A stretch of DNA of 63,908 nucleotides, counting the filler, from Craspedostauros australis (lineage: Eukaryota): assembly GCA_030167865.1 (NCBI GenBank). It is 12 parts of 12 records of this genome, joined end to end, with 100 filler letters (N's around TTAATTAATTAA, not from the genome) between each part and the next. Parts side by side here need not be neighbours in the genome. Positions count along the whole stretch, not along the records: positions 29,900 to 41,240 come from JALAGF010005546.1; positions 41,341 to 44,852 come from JALAGF010005547.1; positions 44,953 to 49,020 come from JALAGF010005548.1; 9 more parts are not named here. One strand, written 5' to 3'. Below are positions 37,131-49,120 of this stretch, piece after piece. The notes under the pieces are model-generated. The model did not search any database. It was not told where the DNA came from and saw only the letters and a list, made by a program, of their open reading frames with translations. The translations under genes were made by a program, and so were the position numbers. The first letter of the stretch is position 1. Each line of letters begins with the position of its first letter.

Positions 37131-38762
37131 ATGAAGATGACGAATTGTTCCTCCAGCTACGCCGGACCTTCCGCACTCTCCCTTGGAGCTCTCTTGGTCC
37201 TGCTTTCGAGGGCACAAGGTTTCACCAGCATCGCCAGACCTGTGTCGCGGGTGATCCCGTCAACACCATCAGCACCATCAGCAACATGGCGACTGGGGCA
37301 TGCTGTAGATGGTGTCGCACGAACAGGGTTGTTGCAGATGCAGTCGGGTGATGAGGTCAAGCAGACACCAGATACTGAGCAGAAAGCGAACGACAGCCCC
37401 GGACTTGCCGCGCTCAATGGGAAGAGAGTGCTGCCCATGCGCATCGTGCTAGCTGGGCTTGGAGATCAGCAAGTGGCCGGCGTTTACGCTATCTACAACA
37501 AAGACTACAAACGAGGGTGCGTGTGTGAGAATGCCTTCAAATCGTGAATGCCTCGAATTTTATGTTAGACGGTGGTGAAGGGGAGTAGAGTCCACGTAGA
37601 GTGGAGCCCTTTGCCTCCCTTTCAACTCGTACAATGGTCGTTGTCAGCATTTCCGACCTGCCCATGCTTGGAATCTCCCTCACCCCACTGTTTCATCCGC
37701 GGTTGCCCGCTGTTCGACTTCAACGTCGCATTGCGCCTCGTCCGATCCTTCCGACGTCTCCTCAATGACACATATCTGAGTAGCCAGGATGGCTGGGAGT
37801 CCTGCGAATTCGTTGGCACCTCGTTCGACTTGGTGAGCTCGATCAACGCGCACATCAAGGTCAGCGGCGCGGACGTCATGGCGCACGCGAGGATCCTGTC
37901 ATTCTCATCCGCGAACAGCGACGCCATGCAGACCGTTTCCGATGAATGGAAAGTGAAGGTGAAGGATGCTGTTGGGCCATTCGCTGTGCGTAGCGCTATG
38001 GAAGCAGCCCTGCTTTTTGATGAGGACGACGATGATGACGACGACTTCGACGAAGATGACTTTGACGATTTTCCACCAAGATCTTCGACCAACATCGTTC
38101 GCAACGATGACGAAGAAGAGGAGTCTGAGGTCGCCGATGTCAAAGGAGGTGCAGGCAGTGGCTTGGAAAGCAAGGGCACCGATACGAGTGCGAGTGCGTC
38201 GGTTTCGACAACTGAGGACGGCCAGACAGTGTCACCCTTCGCTGAAGACACCAAACAAGCGCAAAACACAGGGCAGGACATGGAATTGAACAAGGAGAAT
38301 GTTGATTCTACGCTTGATGAAGTCCGGCCGTACCTGATCGCCGATGGCGGCAACGTCTCCGTCGATCGAGTGGATCCCACGACAGGGAACGTATACCTCA
38401 TCTTGGAGGGTGCCTGCGGCTCCTGTCCGTCGTCCACCGTGACTATGCAGATGGGAATAGAACGTGTCCTGCGCGAAAATTTCTCGAATCTTGGCGAGGT
38501 GCTGCAGGTGGAGACTGAAGACGAAGCAGGCTCGGATGGTTCGATCGACAGTCTTGTGAACAAGGAGATCGACAGATTGAAGCCGGCGGTGATGGCGATG
38601 GGTGGCAAAGTCGAGCTTCGCAGCGTGGATGCGGAGGGCACCGCCGAAGTCTTCTTCAGAGGCCCGGCGAGGGTCCAGCAAGGTCTCGAACTTGCCCTCC
38701 TTGACGTTGATGCTGTGGAGCGGATTGCATTCATCTCTGATGACGGCGAGGGCTCTGTGTGA
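37131..38762 (+). CDS. NFU: Plastid NFU-type Fe-S carrier with N-terminal GIY-YIG-like domain; 2 exons (37131-37516, 37784-38762)
   Basis: Signal ending AQG|FTS plus a transit-like region. Intron GTGCGT...TAG joins KRG|QDGW in frame. NifU_C domain LDEVRPYLIADGGNV...LEGACGSCPSSTVTMQMGIERVL (CxxC), followed by a second Cys-less NifU repeat, as in plastid NFU1-3. Confidence 0.88.
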
Positions 38763-39117
38763 TCATGCCCATGCGTATCGTAGAATCCGCGTAATAAACA
38801 GAGGGTATGAGTATGTATGTGTACCGGCGGCTCTACCATGCAAACATAAAACGGCGTAGAGTACTCGATGAGAACTCCACGATAGAATCAGGTGCTCTAT
38901 CTCAATTGGCTGTTGCGTGGAGCCTGAGTAGTACTCCGGCAGACACCGCAGATCTATTTTGCTTCAGTACTACTGCTCAATGACGAGTGCTAGGATTGCG
39001 AAGGACGATACATTGGTACTCGTATTAGCACATTGCATTCGTGCGTGTATGTGCGCGTATGTACCTGTGTGTAAACAACAAACAATGAAATGCTGCATTC
39101 TACACGCACTGTTGACT

Positions 39118-39738
39118 TCAGCTGCGTACTTCTCGGCGGGTGGTCGTTTTGGGGGCATCGACCGGCCCGGTGAGGTCGCCCCACATCTGCGATATCATCT
39201 TGGAAGGGTCCTGCTGGGCCTCCATCTGCGCTTTCATTCGTGCCTTTTCCTCAGGTTCCAACCCCTCCATCATCTTCGGCATCATGAACATCATCCCTCC
39301 TGAAAAGACCATCATGAGGACCATGGGGTTCTTGAGGAGGCTGAACAGCGAAAATCCTCTCCGGACCTCGAAGTAGGAGTACGTCGCGATCGGGTTGAGA
39401 ACGAGCGGATACTTGGTGGCTTGCTTCATGGCGCCAGGGTACGCGTATTGTAGGCACTTGGGATTGTCGCTGGATCCCTCCAGGATTTGAAGCTTGACCT
39501 GAGGGAAATGGTGGCTCGTGGAGTGGACGTCAAGCTGGTGGATGCCAGGGTCGACGCCGTATATGACGAAGGTTCCATCCGATCTGGAATAGGTCGTTCG
39601 CTCGTGATCATTCAGAGTGATCTTCGTGGTGATGTTGAACGGCGTCTTGTCCAAATTCTCGAGGCGCCCCTCAATAGTTGTTGTCTGGCGTCCTCTCGCC
39701 TCTGCTCCGCCAACCAGGCTGGATCTGCGTTGCACCAT
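39118..39738 (-). CDS. EMC7: ER membrane protein complex subunit 7 (DUF2012); true 5' exon not resolved
   Basis: DGTFVIYGVDPGIHQLDVHS...FPQVKL...YPLVLNP...YFEVRRGFSLFSLLKNPMVLMMVF..MPKMME is the EMC7 signature. No signal peptide in this frame, so an upstream exon is likely. Confidence 0.85.
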   Translation of the reverse strand: MVQRRSSLVGGAEARGRQTTTIEGRLENLDKTPFNITTKITLNDHERTTYSRSDGTFVIYGVDPGIHQLDVHSTSHHFPQVKLQILEGSSDNPKCLQYAYPGAMKQATKYPLVLNPIATYSYFEVRRGFSLFSLLKNPMVLMMVFSGGMMFMMPKMMEGLEPEEKARMKAQMEAQQDPSKMISQMWGDLTGPVDAPKTTTRREVRS

Positions 39739-40859
39739 TGCAGTTTCAGTCGTCACCGAGTGTGATGGAGAATATGCAGAAAATGGCCACAGCACCGTAC
39801 AGATGTTACGGCACCAGGCGCCAATCGTGATGGGCGGCATTGGAATCCAAGTGAAAGTCCATTGAGCATATCGTCATGCAGGTATGTGTGTGTATTAGTA
39901 TGGTGCACGTGCGGAGGGTTGCCAACGATTGGTGACGGCAGGGTTGCACCAGCAGGTTAGCCAAGACGTCATGTGGTCGGACGAGAAAGAGACAGAGCCA
40001 ACGAAGCAGCGCCTGCAGAGATCGGTGGTCATTCGACTACTTGACCAGCTTCTGTGACCAACTTTTGTGACCAGGACTTGCGGACTGTGGTGTTATCGCC
40101 ACCATCACCATCGTGACACATTTGAGTCCTTGCATATCATCGATCCCTAGAGCGGAACCCATTGATTGGTGTGTTCCAAATGGTGCGAGTATCTACTTGT
40201 ACGCGTATGCGACTCACCCGAGGATAGATGAAAGCAAGCATGCCCAAAGCAAGGTGCTTCCGAAGTTCATCATGATGTTGCTTGCTCCTACTCCTATTCG
40301 CATGAATGTCTTCACGTTGTTGGTCTTTCACGATCTCTTTGTGGTGTCGTCGATGGAAGATGTTGGAGATGGTGTCGACGATGATGTCGGCGGTGATGTT
40401 GGGGTTTCGTCTCCTTGCGTCGTGTCGTGCCTTCTCTCTCGCATTTGTGCGAGGGACAGCACAAAGAGGAGGATTTTCGTGACAGATTCGCCGTGTTGGT
40501 TGGACGGACTTGAATAGGCCCTTCGCAGCATTTGTGTTGTTTGTGGCACGGATTGCTTCCTTGTGGGATGATCGTTCGACAGTGAACAACAACGAAGGAA
40601 GTGGACCAGGAGCCGCTCGCCCTCCACCACAGCGGCGAATGGAAACAAGCTCCGGACAGATTCCGCGCACGAACAGATCGTAGAGTCCCACAAAAACACA
40701 ACACGGCATCCCTTCGATTGTGGCTCTTAAGGCATTCGTCTCACTCACATCCACACTCGCATCCACGCTCGCACCATCCTCGGACCACATAAGACCCGCC
40801 TGAGCGAAAATAGTACACCTTTCTCGGGAACGTCGTTTCTGTGTTGAAAAAAACTGCGT

Positions 40860-41240
40860 ATATCTCTTCTCCTACATCAAATACATCATATGGCAAGAAC
40901 TAGAATTGTTCCGTCCAATCATTTTAAAGTTATAGAGGGTTGAAAGTCATGTCAAATCTACGTATTAGGTGAATAACGCACAGACGCCACAGAGCTCATT
41001 GACGTTTCAATTTAGTCGCAGTGGTCATTCGTCCCAAAACGTTCCTTTTTCTTCCATCGTTTGGGCCTTGCTCGCGATTCTTGAATTTCCGGAGAGTGAC
41101 TCTACCTTGTGCTCGCACAGAATCGTTGGCGTGAACACAAAACTCTTGTTGCGCGGCGAGTGATGTTGTCAGTATCGTGATGCAGTGCGATGTGCCATGG
41201 GCCGTCAACCAGGATGGTAGGCATGGTCCTTGTTCCTCTT
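40860..41240 (+). repeat. Dispersed repeat (A+B contiguous); probable non-autonomous transposon fragment
   Basis: Homologous to 22810-22985 (inverted) and 23852-24065 (direct); cut by scaffold end. Confidence 0.75.
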
Positions 41241-41340
41241 NNNNNNNNNNNNNNNNNNNNNNNNNNNNNNNNNNNNNNNNNNNNTTAATTAATTAANNNN
41301 NNNNNNNNNNNNNNNNNNNNNNNNNNNNNNNNNNNNNNNN

Positions 41341-44300
41341 ACAATGATGATGTCTCCGACTTTGACAGCGGAACACCATTCAACGACTACGAGTGGACCA
41401 GGGAGGAGACAGCCGAGTACACTTTGGGAGTGCATGGCTACTACAGGTCTGCGATCGACCACGAAGAGTTGATCAACCGAGAACTCTCTCCATCCAAGAA
41501 TAAAGAGAAAGGCGGCCGCACTCACGACAACGAGGAGGATNNNNNNNNNNNNNNNNNNNNNNNNNNNNNNNNNNNNNNNNNNNNNNNNNNNNNNNNNNNN
41601 NNNNNNNNNNNNNNNNNNNNNNNNNNNNNNNNNNNNNNNNNNNNNNNNNNNNNNNNNNNNNNNNNNNNNNNNNNNNNNNNNNNNNNNNNNNNNNATGAGG
41701 CGTCGCGCTGGGACATGAACAGCGCATGATGCCCGTTGCGCCTTAAGCGCAGACCATTGAATGCATGGTACATGGACTGCCCAGAGATCATATTCTCCAT
41801 TCAGATTCTGGACGGGCCAAGAGGAGCAATCCTGTGGACCAAAGCGGAAAGGGAGGAGTGCAGAGGACTGCTCATGGACGCAGATCCGATCTGCCTCTCT
41901 GTTCGATAACCATTGAGCAACATGATGTTTGCCAATGATGTGTACTTTGAATCTTCGACGATCTACTATGATGCGATCGANNNNNNNNNNNNNNNNNNNN
42001 NNNNNNNNNNNNNNNNNNNNNNNNNNNNNNNNNNNNNNNNNNNNNNNNNNNNNNNNNNNNNNNNNNNNNNNNNNNNNNNNNNNNNNNNNNNNNNNNNNNN
42101 NNNNNNNNNNNNNNNNNNNNNNNNNNNNNAACAGATGCTGATTGGATACATGGGTCGCACGCAAGCGGTATGCACCGCATGATGAATCTGGCAACGACCA
42201 GAATCCTAATCATGAGAGACATGACATGGATGGATCAGTCAAATGGGCGATTCGAGAGTATTAAGAACGCCAACAGGTCAGTACTGATAGACCTGGGAAA
42301 TGACGACTCTACATTGGGGGACGGTTCCCCAGATAGAAGAGTGACTTGGGAGCGACGATCGGATACCATCCGAAGCATGGAGACCGACGACGCTGATCAN
42401 NNNNNNNNNNNNNNNNNNNNNNNNNNNNNNNNNNNNNNNNNNNNNNNNNCTCTGTTCGATAACCATTGAGCAACATGATGTTTGCCAATGATGTGTACTT
42501 TGAATCTTCGACGATCTACTATGATGCGATCGACGACTTCGAAAGTTGACCGTGCAGGTGCGTGCACTCACGCGCGTTGCACTAGATGATGCATGAGATT
42601 GGCGTGCGGAGCACACTCGATGTGGTTCGCAACGCGTACGCAATCAACGACATGCTGGAAAACAATAACGCCGCCCCGATCTAACAGATGCTGATTGGAT
42701 ACATGGGTCGCACGCAAGCGGTATGCACCGCATGATGAATCTGGCAACGACCAGAATCCTAATCATGAGAGACGTGACATGGATGGATCAGTCAAACGGG
42801 CGATTCGAGAGTATTAAGAACGCCAACAGGTCAGTACTGATAGACCTGGGAAATGACAACTCTACATTGGGGAAGGTTTCCCCAGATAGAAGAGTGACTT
42901 GGGAGCGACGAACGGATACCATCTGAAGCATGGAGACCGACGACGCTGATCAGAGCAGAAGAGCCGAAGAAGATATAGATACAGAAGACGCTGCTCGCGG
43001 GCGAGATGACTTGCTCCCTACCCAAGGGGACAATGAATCGTACGATAACGACGACGATGAATCCGGAAGGGACGATGAGACGGGACGAGACGATATGGTC
43101 GAANACGAACCAAGCACGGTCCCAATCGCAGAACCTGTTGCGCGCATGCCGAGGATGCTAAGTGCTCTCGCGGGGTACAATAATACACCCATCCAAAGGA
43201 GGAGCGAGAACTTGGATCAAGTGGAGAATCAGAATCAGAAGGATGATGAAGGGTATGAGACCACTCAAGAGACGACTACCACACTACCGGCGACAGGAGG
43301 ACCCGACATTCACACAGAAGGGTCAACATTCAACAGAGATATCGCAGGCATGATGATTGGCACCACTCATGAGAGGATGAGCTTGGGTGACTTCATCACT
43401 GTGAACCAAGCATTGAANNNNNNNNNNNNNNNNNNNNNNNNNNNNNNNNNNNNNNNNNNNNNNNNNNNNNNNNNNNNNNNNNNNNNNNNNNNNNNNNNNN
43501 NNNNNNNNNNNNNNNNNNNNNNNNNNNNNNNNNNNNNNNNNNNNNNNNNNNNNNNNNNNNNNNNNNNNNNNNNNNNNNNNNNNNNNNNNNNNNNNNNNNN
43601 NNNNNNNNNNNNNNGGCGAGATACCACAAGCACAGATTTGAGATCGATGTGCGATGAGAATGAAATCGACGAGAGAGAAAGCTTCAAATCTGGATATGAC
43701 ACAGCTATGAGAGCAAGAGCCATGAAGGGCAGATTCCAGATACAGTGAGTCAAGATACGTCGATACAAGAGCAATGAGAAACGCGGACATGTCGGATGAA
43801 GAATCCAATGACAGAGCTGGAAGGGAGGAACCTCAGATGAATGGAGGATGAATGGCAGGAGGCCACCAACAACTCCCATGACGAAGAAGCTGCAGCATGA
43901 TGAATCGATGCTATCCAGAAGAGGATGAAGGCGATCGACAACATGGTTGCAAGGCAACACGACGACAGAGCTGGCAGCTGACCACAATGTACCAATACCC
44001 AACGAGGGTGACGAACGAAGCATCAGAATCAGGAGATGACGATGGCTACGCAACTGCACAGGAGACAATGATAGCTCCAGTAGCAACAGACGGACCCAAC
44101 TTCGACCAAGACGGGTCAATCATCAACAAGGACGTCGCAGGCACAAGGATCGATGCTATCCAATGAAGGATGAGAGTGATCGACTTCATCGCTGCGAGTC
44201 AGGATGTTGAGAGCGAACGTGACGGCGAGAGAGATTCGTGCACATCAACACTGGAATGATGCCGAGTCTCTATGTGCCTGAGGAATGATAGGATCATGTG

Positions 44301-44852
44301 GATCCTGACAAGTGGAAGGGATGAAGTACAAGTGACTCGGAGGCAAGCTGCTGAAGGCAAGGAGCTCACATACTCTCCCACGAGACCAGTGGCGAGGATG
44401 CCACGGATGCTACGCGGCTTGGCACCACAACACAACGTGCCAGAACACCACTCCGACACAGATTCAAGCAGTGGAGGTGGTGAGTCAGCTGAGGAAACAG
44501 AGCAGACCTCAGCAACCGCAAGAGAGGGGNNNNNNNNNNNNNNNNNNNNNNNNNNNNNNNNNNNNNNNNNNNNNNNNNNNNNNNNNNNNNNCTGGGATCA
44601 TGCGGATCCAGCGAAGCAAAAGAAATGGCGAGATGCCATCAATAAGGAGTTCTACGACATGGTCAGACGAGGAGTCTGGCAGAAGATCAAGAAGAGTGAG
44701 ATGCCGAGAGATCGGCGATGCGTGAAGACAAAGGGGGTATTCAAGGAGAAGAGGAACAGCGTATTCAGCGCCAGACTCATTGCATGCGGATACTCGCAGA
44801 TCGCAGGAGTCGACTCCTCAACGCAACACACCCATGATGCATGACGCAACCT
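41341..44852 (+). mobile_element. Degenerate Ty1/copia pol (integrase C-terminus, expanded linker, RT start)
   Basis: MLIGY...HRMMNLATTRILIMRDVTWM (post-integrase region) and WDHADPAKQKKWRDAINKEFYDMVRRGVW...RRCVKTKGVFKEKRNSVFSARLIACGYSQIAGVD (RT N-terminus). Many stops and frameshifts. Same lineage as 59402-62109. Confidence 0.85.
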
Positions 44853-44952
44853 NNNNNNNNNNNNNNNNNNNNNNNNNNNNNNNNNNNNNNNNNNNNTTAA
44901 TTAATTAANNNNNNNNNNNNNNNNNNNNNNNNNNNNNNNNNNNNNNNNNNNN

Positions 44953-47900
44953 GATCATCATGTGACCAGCAAACTCTTGGAACTCAGGACCAGCTACAAA
45001 ACAGATCTTTTCTTTTGTGTATGCTTCTAGATAGGCGTTACCAATGTCACCCACCATGGGCTTGAGGTTGTTGAGTTCTGCGGCCAGCAGCGCAATCCTG
45101 AATGATCTGAGATTGACTACTCCAGCATATGCCATATCTTTGCATGGATCCGTTAAGTGCCCTCCTGCTACGCATCTTGCCTTGTGTCGAAGGTCGTGTT
45201 TCACGTCGTACACCCAGAGGAGCTTGATCTGCTTGTATCCATCTGGTTTCCGAGCGTTCTTTCCGAGATCCTTGAACGTGCCATACTCGTGGAGCTGATC
45301 CATTTCTTTTCTCTCAGCGTCTACCCACTTGGAGTTGCCGTTCTTCTCGTCAAGTTGGCGTGCTTCTTTTCCGTTGCGTGGAACTTGAACACCAAACTTG
45401 AAGATAGGACCTTGTGCACGTGTTTTGCGTTTGCCAGCATTGATAAGACGATTGAGTTTCTTCTTTCTCTTTGCTAATTTACGGAATCTTTTCCTGCCAG
45501 GCAGACCAAGGAGGTTGTTGTCTGCGGCATACTTCGCGCATGAGACAGGATCGTCCTTGGCTATCACGTCCAGCGGTTCCATTGTCACACTGCCATCCTC
45601 CCATTGTACCTTTACGTTGTAGGAGGAGCCGTTGTACTTGCTGTGACTGGAGTGGAATGGAGTGGAATGGACCTTCATGACCGGTGATGGCTTTGAAAAC
45701 GCACATCTCCCCGTCGCCAATCTCCTGTTCGTGTTGTTGCTCGATGATGTCGGCCAGATCCGTGTACGCGATGAGCTCTTCGGTGTCGTCGTCGCCGTAT
45801 GCGATGAGCATCTTGATGTTGTCATGGTTGGCTGCGTCTCCGTCCTTGATCTTGCGGATCACTCGAGCTCTCCACTTGAGACCATCCTGTTGATGAAGGA
45901 AGGTCAATCCGAGCAACTCGTCAGGACTGAATTTGGGGACTTTGACTACACCAGGATCTGATTCTCCATGTGATGTGGCTACCAGGTCAGATAGTGCATG
46001 CACAACGGGTTGTCTAGGTTTAGGCGTGCTGTCACTATCGAGGTCTTCTGGATTTCCGCTTTCGCTAGCTTCGTCATCCACGTCACCATCCTCCCCAGAA
46101 GCAGGCAGGGGGTAGTCTGCCCGAAGGTTTCGCGCGTCATCAGACACACGTCGGATGCTGGAGCGTGGCAACAGCCGTTGCGTTGCGTCATCTAGTACCC
46201 AGAACGTCAGTTCNTCACCCTTGTGNTCGCATGGTCCAGCCCAGCGNCCACGCCGTTCNTGCGTGGTNCCTGGGAAGGCAGCGTNCCCGACCTTGTAGTA
46301 CACTGGCTCCCACCAGTGGAAGCTGAGGTACTTGCTGACATCAGGGCGCTGGCCTGTGGCGGCTTGGATGGGCGTGATGTGGCCAGCCGTGGACTGTGAC
46401 AGATGGTTGAGCAGTCCCACGACATACAGGGTGCAGATGAGCCAGAACCTGGCAGGAGTGCCAGTTCTGTCCATGATGCCGTTGGTGGTGCGCTTCACAT
46501 CCTGGATGCGTCGCTCGACAGGATTCTGATGTTGGTGGTGTGGCTCGGACTGGTGGTCCGCGATGCAGTACTGCCGGAGGATNNNNNNNNNNNNNNNNNN
46601 NNNNNNNNNNNNNNNNNNNNNNNNNNNNNNNNATGTGGCTACCAGGTCAGATAGTGCATGCACAACGGGTTGTCTAGCTTTAGGTGTGCTGTCACTGTCG
46701 AAATCATCTGGATTTACGGTTTCGCTAGCTTCGTCACCCACGTCACCCTCCTCCCCAGAATCAGGCAGGGGGTAGTCAGCCCGTAGGTTTCGCGCGTCAT
46801 CAGACACACGTCGGATGCTCGAGCGTGGCAACAGCCGTTGCGTTGCATCATCAAGTACCCAGAACGTCAGTTCGTCACCCTTGTGCTCGCACGGTCCAGC
46901 CCAGCGTCCACGCCGTTCTTGCGTGGTGCCNGGNAAGGCAGCNTTCCCNACCTTGTAGTACACTGGCTCCCACCAGTGGAAGNTGAGGTACTTGCTGACA
47001 TCAGGGCGCTGGCCNGTGGCGGCTTGGATGGGCGTGATGTGNCCNGCCGTGGACTGNGACAGATGGTTGANCAGTCCCACGACATACAGGGTGCAGATGA
47101 GCCAGAACCTGGCAGGAGTGCCAGTTCTGTCCATGATGCCGTTGGTGGTGCGCTTGACATCCTGGATGCGTCGCTCGACAGGATTCTGATGTTGGTGGTG
47201 CGGTTCGGACTGGTGGTCTGCGATGCAGTACTGCCGGAGGATGTCCTTCATCTTGCCTCCGATCTGCGCTGTGGCGTTGTCGGACATCAACACGTCCATG
47301 GCACCATGCTCCCGAATGAAGTCNNNNNNNNNNNNNNNNNNNNNNNNNNNNNNNNNNNNNNNNNNNNNNNNNNNNNNNNNNNNNNNNNNNNNNNNNNNNN
47401 NNNNNNNNNNNNNNNNNNNNNNNNNNNNNNNNNNNNNNTCATGATGAGCAGGCGTGTCAGAGAACAACGTGTCCATGGAAACAACATCGTGTAGTCGGTC
47501 GACATTGGCTGCGGGGAATCTAGACTTACAGTGTTTACGCATGGGATAACGCTCAGACATGCGGTACCACTGGGTAGTACATGCAAGAGTGTCACGCACG
47601 CGGTCTGCTGGAANNNNNNNNNNNNNNNNNNNNNNNNNNNNNNNNNNNNNNNNNNNNNNNNNNACGCTCAGACATGCGGTACCACTGGGTAGTACATGCA
47701 AGAGTGTCACGCACGCGGTCTGCTGGAATCCACCCGAAGTATGGCCGCAGCGCATGGAAATTGGGCGCTTTACCCACGATGTTGCGTGGCCCGGCCGGTG
47801 TTGCCGTCTCCCCATCCCCGAGCGTTGCAGCGGATTGAACGTACTGAACGCACTTGGAGATGGCGATGTCGATGTCGTTGTCTTCTCCGCGTTCGGTTGC

Positions 47901-49020
47901 GGAAATGTTGTCCAGATCAGCCTCTCCGTCCAGGACAGATGGGTCCCATTCTTGGTCGGAAGTGAAGAACACGTGTGGCAGATCGTCTAGCTCCGCTTGA
48001 GTTGGCTTGTGCATGTCCATGTATGCGAGGCCTTGACGCACGGTGAGCGGGATGACGAACCCGTCTGGCGTGACGATGGTTTGCCGACCGCCAGGAAGGT
48101 TCTTGGGCCGTTCATTGACATCCAATCCAAACGCTGCGAGTTGATTGGCAGAATGGATGGTGCGCCCTTTCCCGTAGTTGGCGTACTGATGGAACCAACC
48201 GATCACCGGTCCTGAGGCGGTCTGGATGACAGCGGTGGCGGTGACCAGCGCGAGATCCTTGATCTCTGTGTCGCCGATTCCGGAAACATCAGCACGGTTG
48301 GACGTGGACTCCATCACCAGCATGTCCTCACCAACGAGACCGCCGTTAGCACCTCCATCCACCAATGCGCCTTGCACGGTCACGTTCGCGTTGTTGAACT
48401 TGTACGATACGTTTGTATGAGACAGGGTGTAGGTGCGACCGTCAATGACGAGGGTAGCCGGCGGGCTCCCGGACGCGCTAGACATGGCATTGGAAAGCAT
48501 ACGGTTGATTGCTGTTCCAGCGGTAGAACTAGGTTCGTTATTGTTACTACCATTGTCGTTGGTCTGGGTGTCCTGTTGGTCGTTCTGGTTGGATGTGGAG
48601 CCATTGCGGTTGGTGTTGTTGGCGGAACGCTGTGAGTTGTCACTCTTGCCGCGGCCTGAGTTGGCACGTCGAGCTTTGAGGAAGTCTTTGCGCTGCTTGT
48701 CTGTCAGCTTCTTGAACTCCTCACGCGGCAGCCGCTCTCGCGTCTCCTTGCTGTAGTCCTTGTTGGGCTTCCAGAGGTTGGGTCCTTCGTCCTTGCCTTT
48801 CTCTCTCTGCTTCTGCTGTTTGGAGTTGTTGGCCTGGCGTTGTGGCTTCGGTTTGCTGGCGTCATAGCCGTCGAGTTGCACAGCGTAGGATCGAACGAGC
48901 TCCACGAGGGTGTCGAATTCCATGGTGGTCGCCGACGTGCCGGGTGTGTAGGCCAGGATCGCGGTCTGCAGGTAGTCAGTCTGGAAGATAGACTGGTACA
49001 GAGCCTTGTCGGCCTCGATG
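44953..49020 (-). mobile_element. Ty1/copia retrotransposon of a second lineage: gag end-PR-IN-chromo-like-RT start, fragmented
   Basis: GALVDGGANGG protease; VSMDTLFSD, LMSDNA and SEPHHQHQNPVERRIQ integrase; YNVKVQWEDG..TMEPL; FKFGVQVP...WVYDVKHDLRHKARCVAGGH...GDIGNAYLEA RT. A 10-bp duplication frameshifts pol at about 45660. Confidence 0.92.
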
Positions 49021-49120
49021 NNNNNNNNNNNNNNNNNNNNNNNNNNNNNNNNNNNNNNNNNNNNTTAATTAATTAANNNNNNNNNNNNNNNNNNNNNNNN
49101 NNNNNNNNNNNNNNNNNNNN

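Noticed and set aside
37622..38839. 405-aa antisense ORF over NFU (and similar antisense ORFs over AMT, the ankyrin genes and TEs)
   Set aside because: Shadow ORFs of GC-balanced coding sequence with no motifs.
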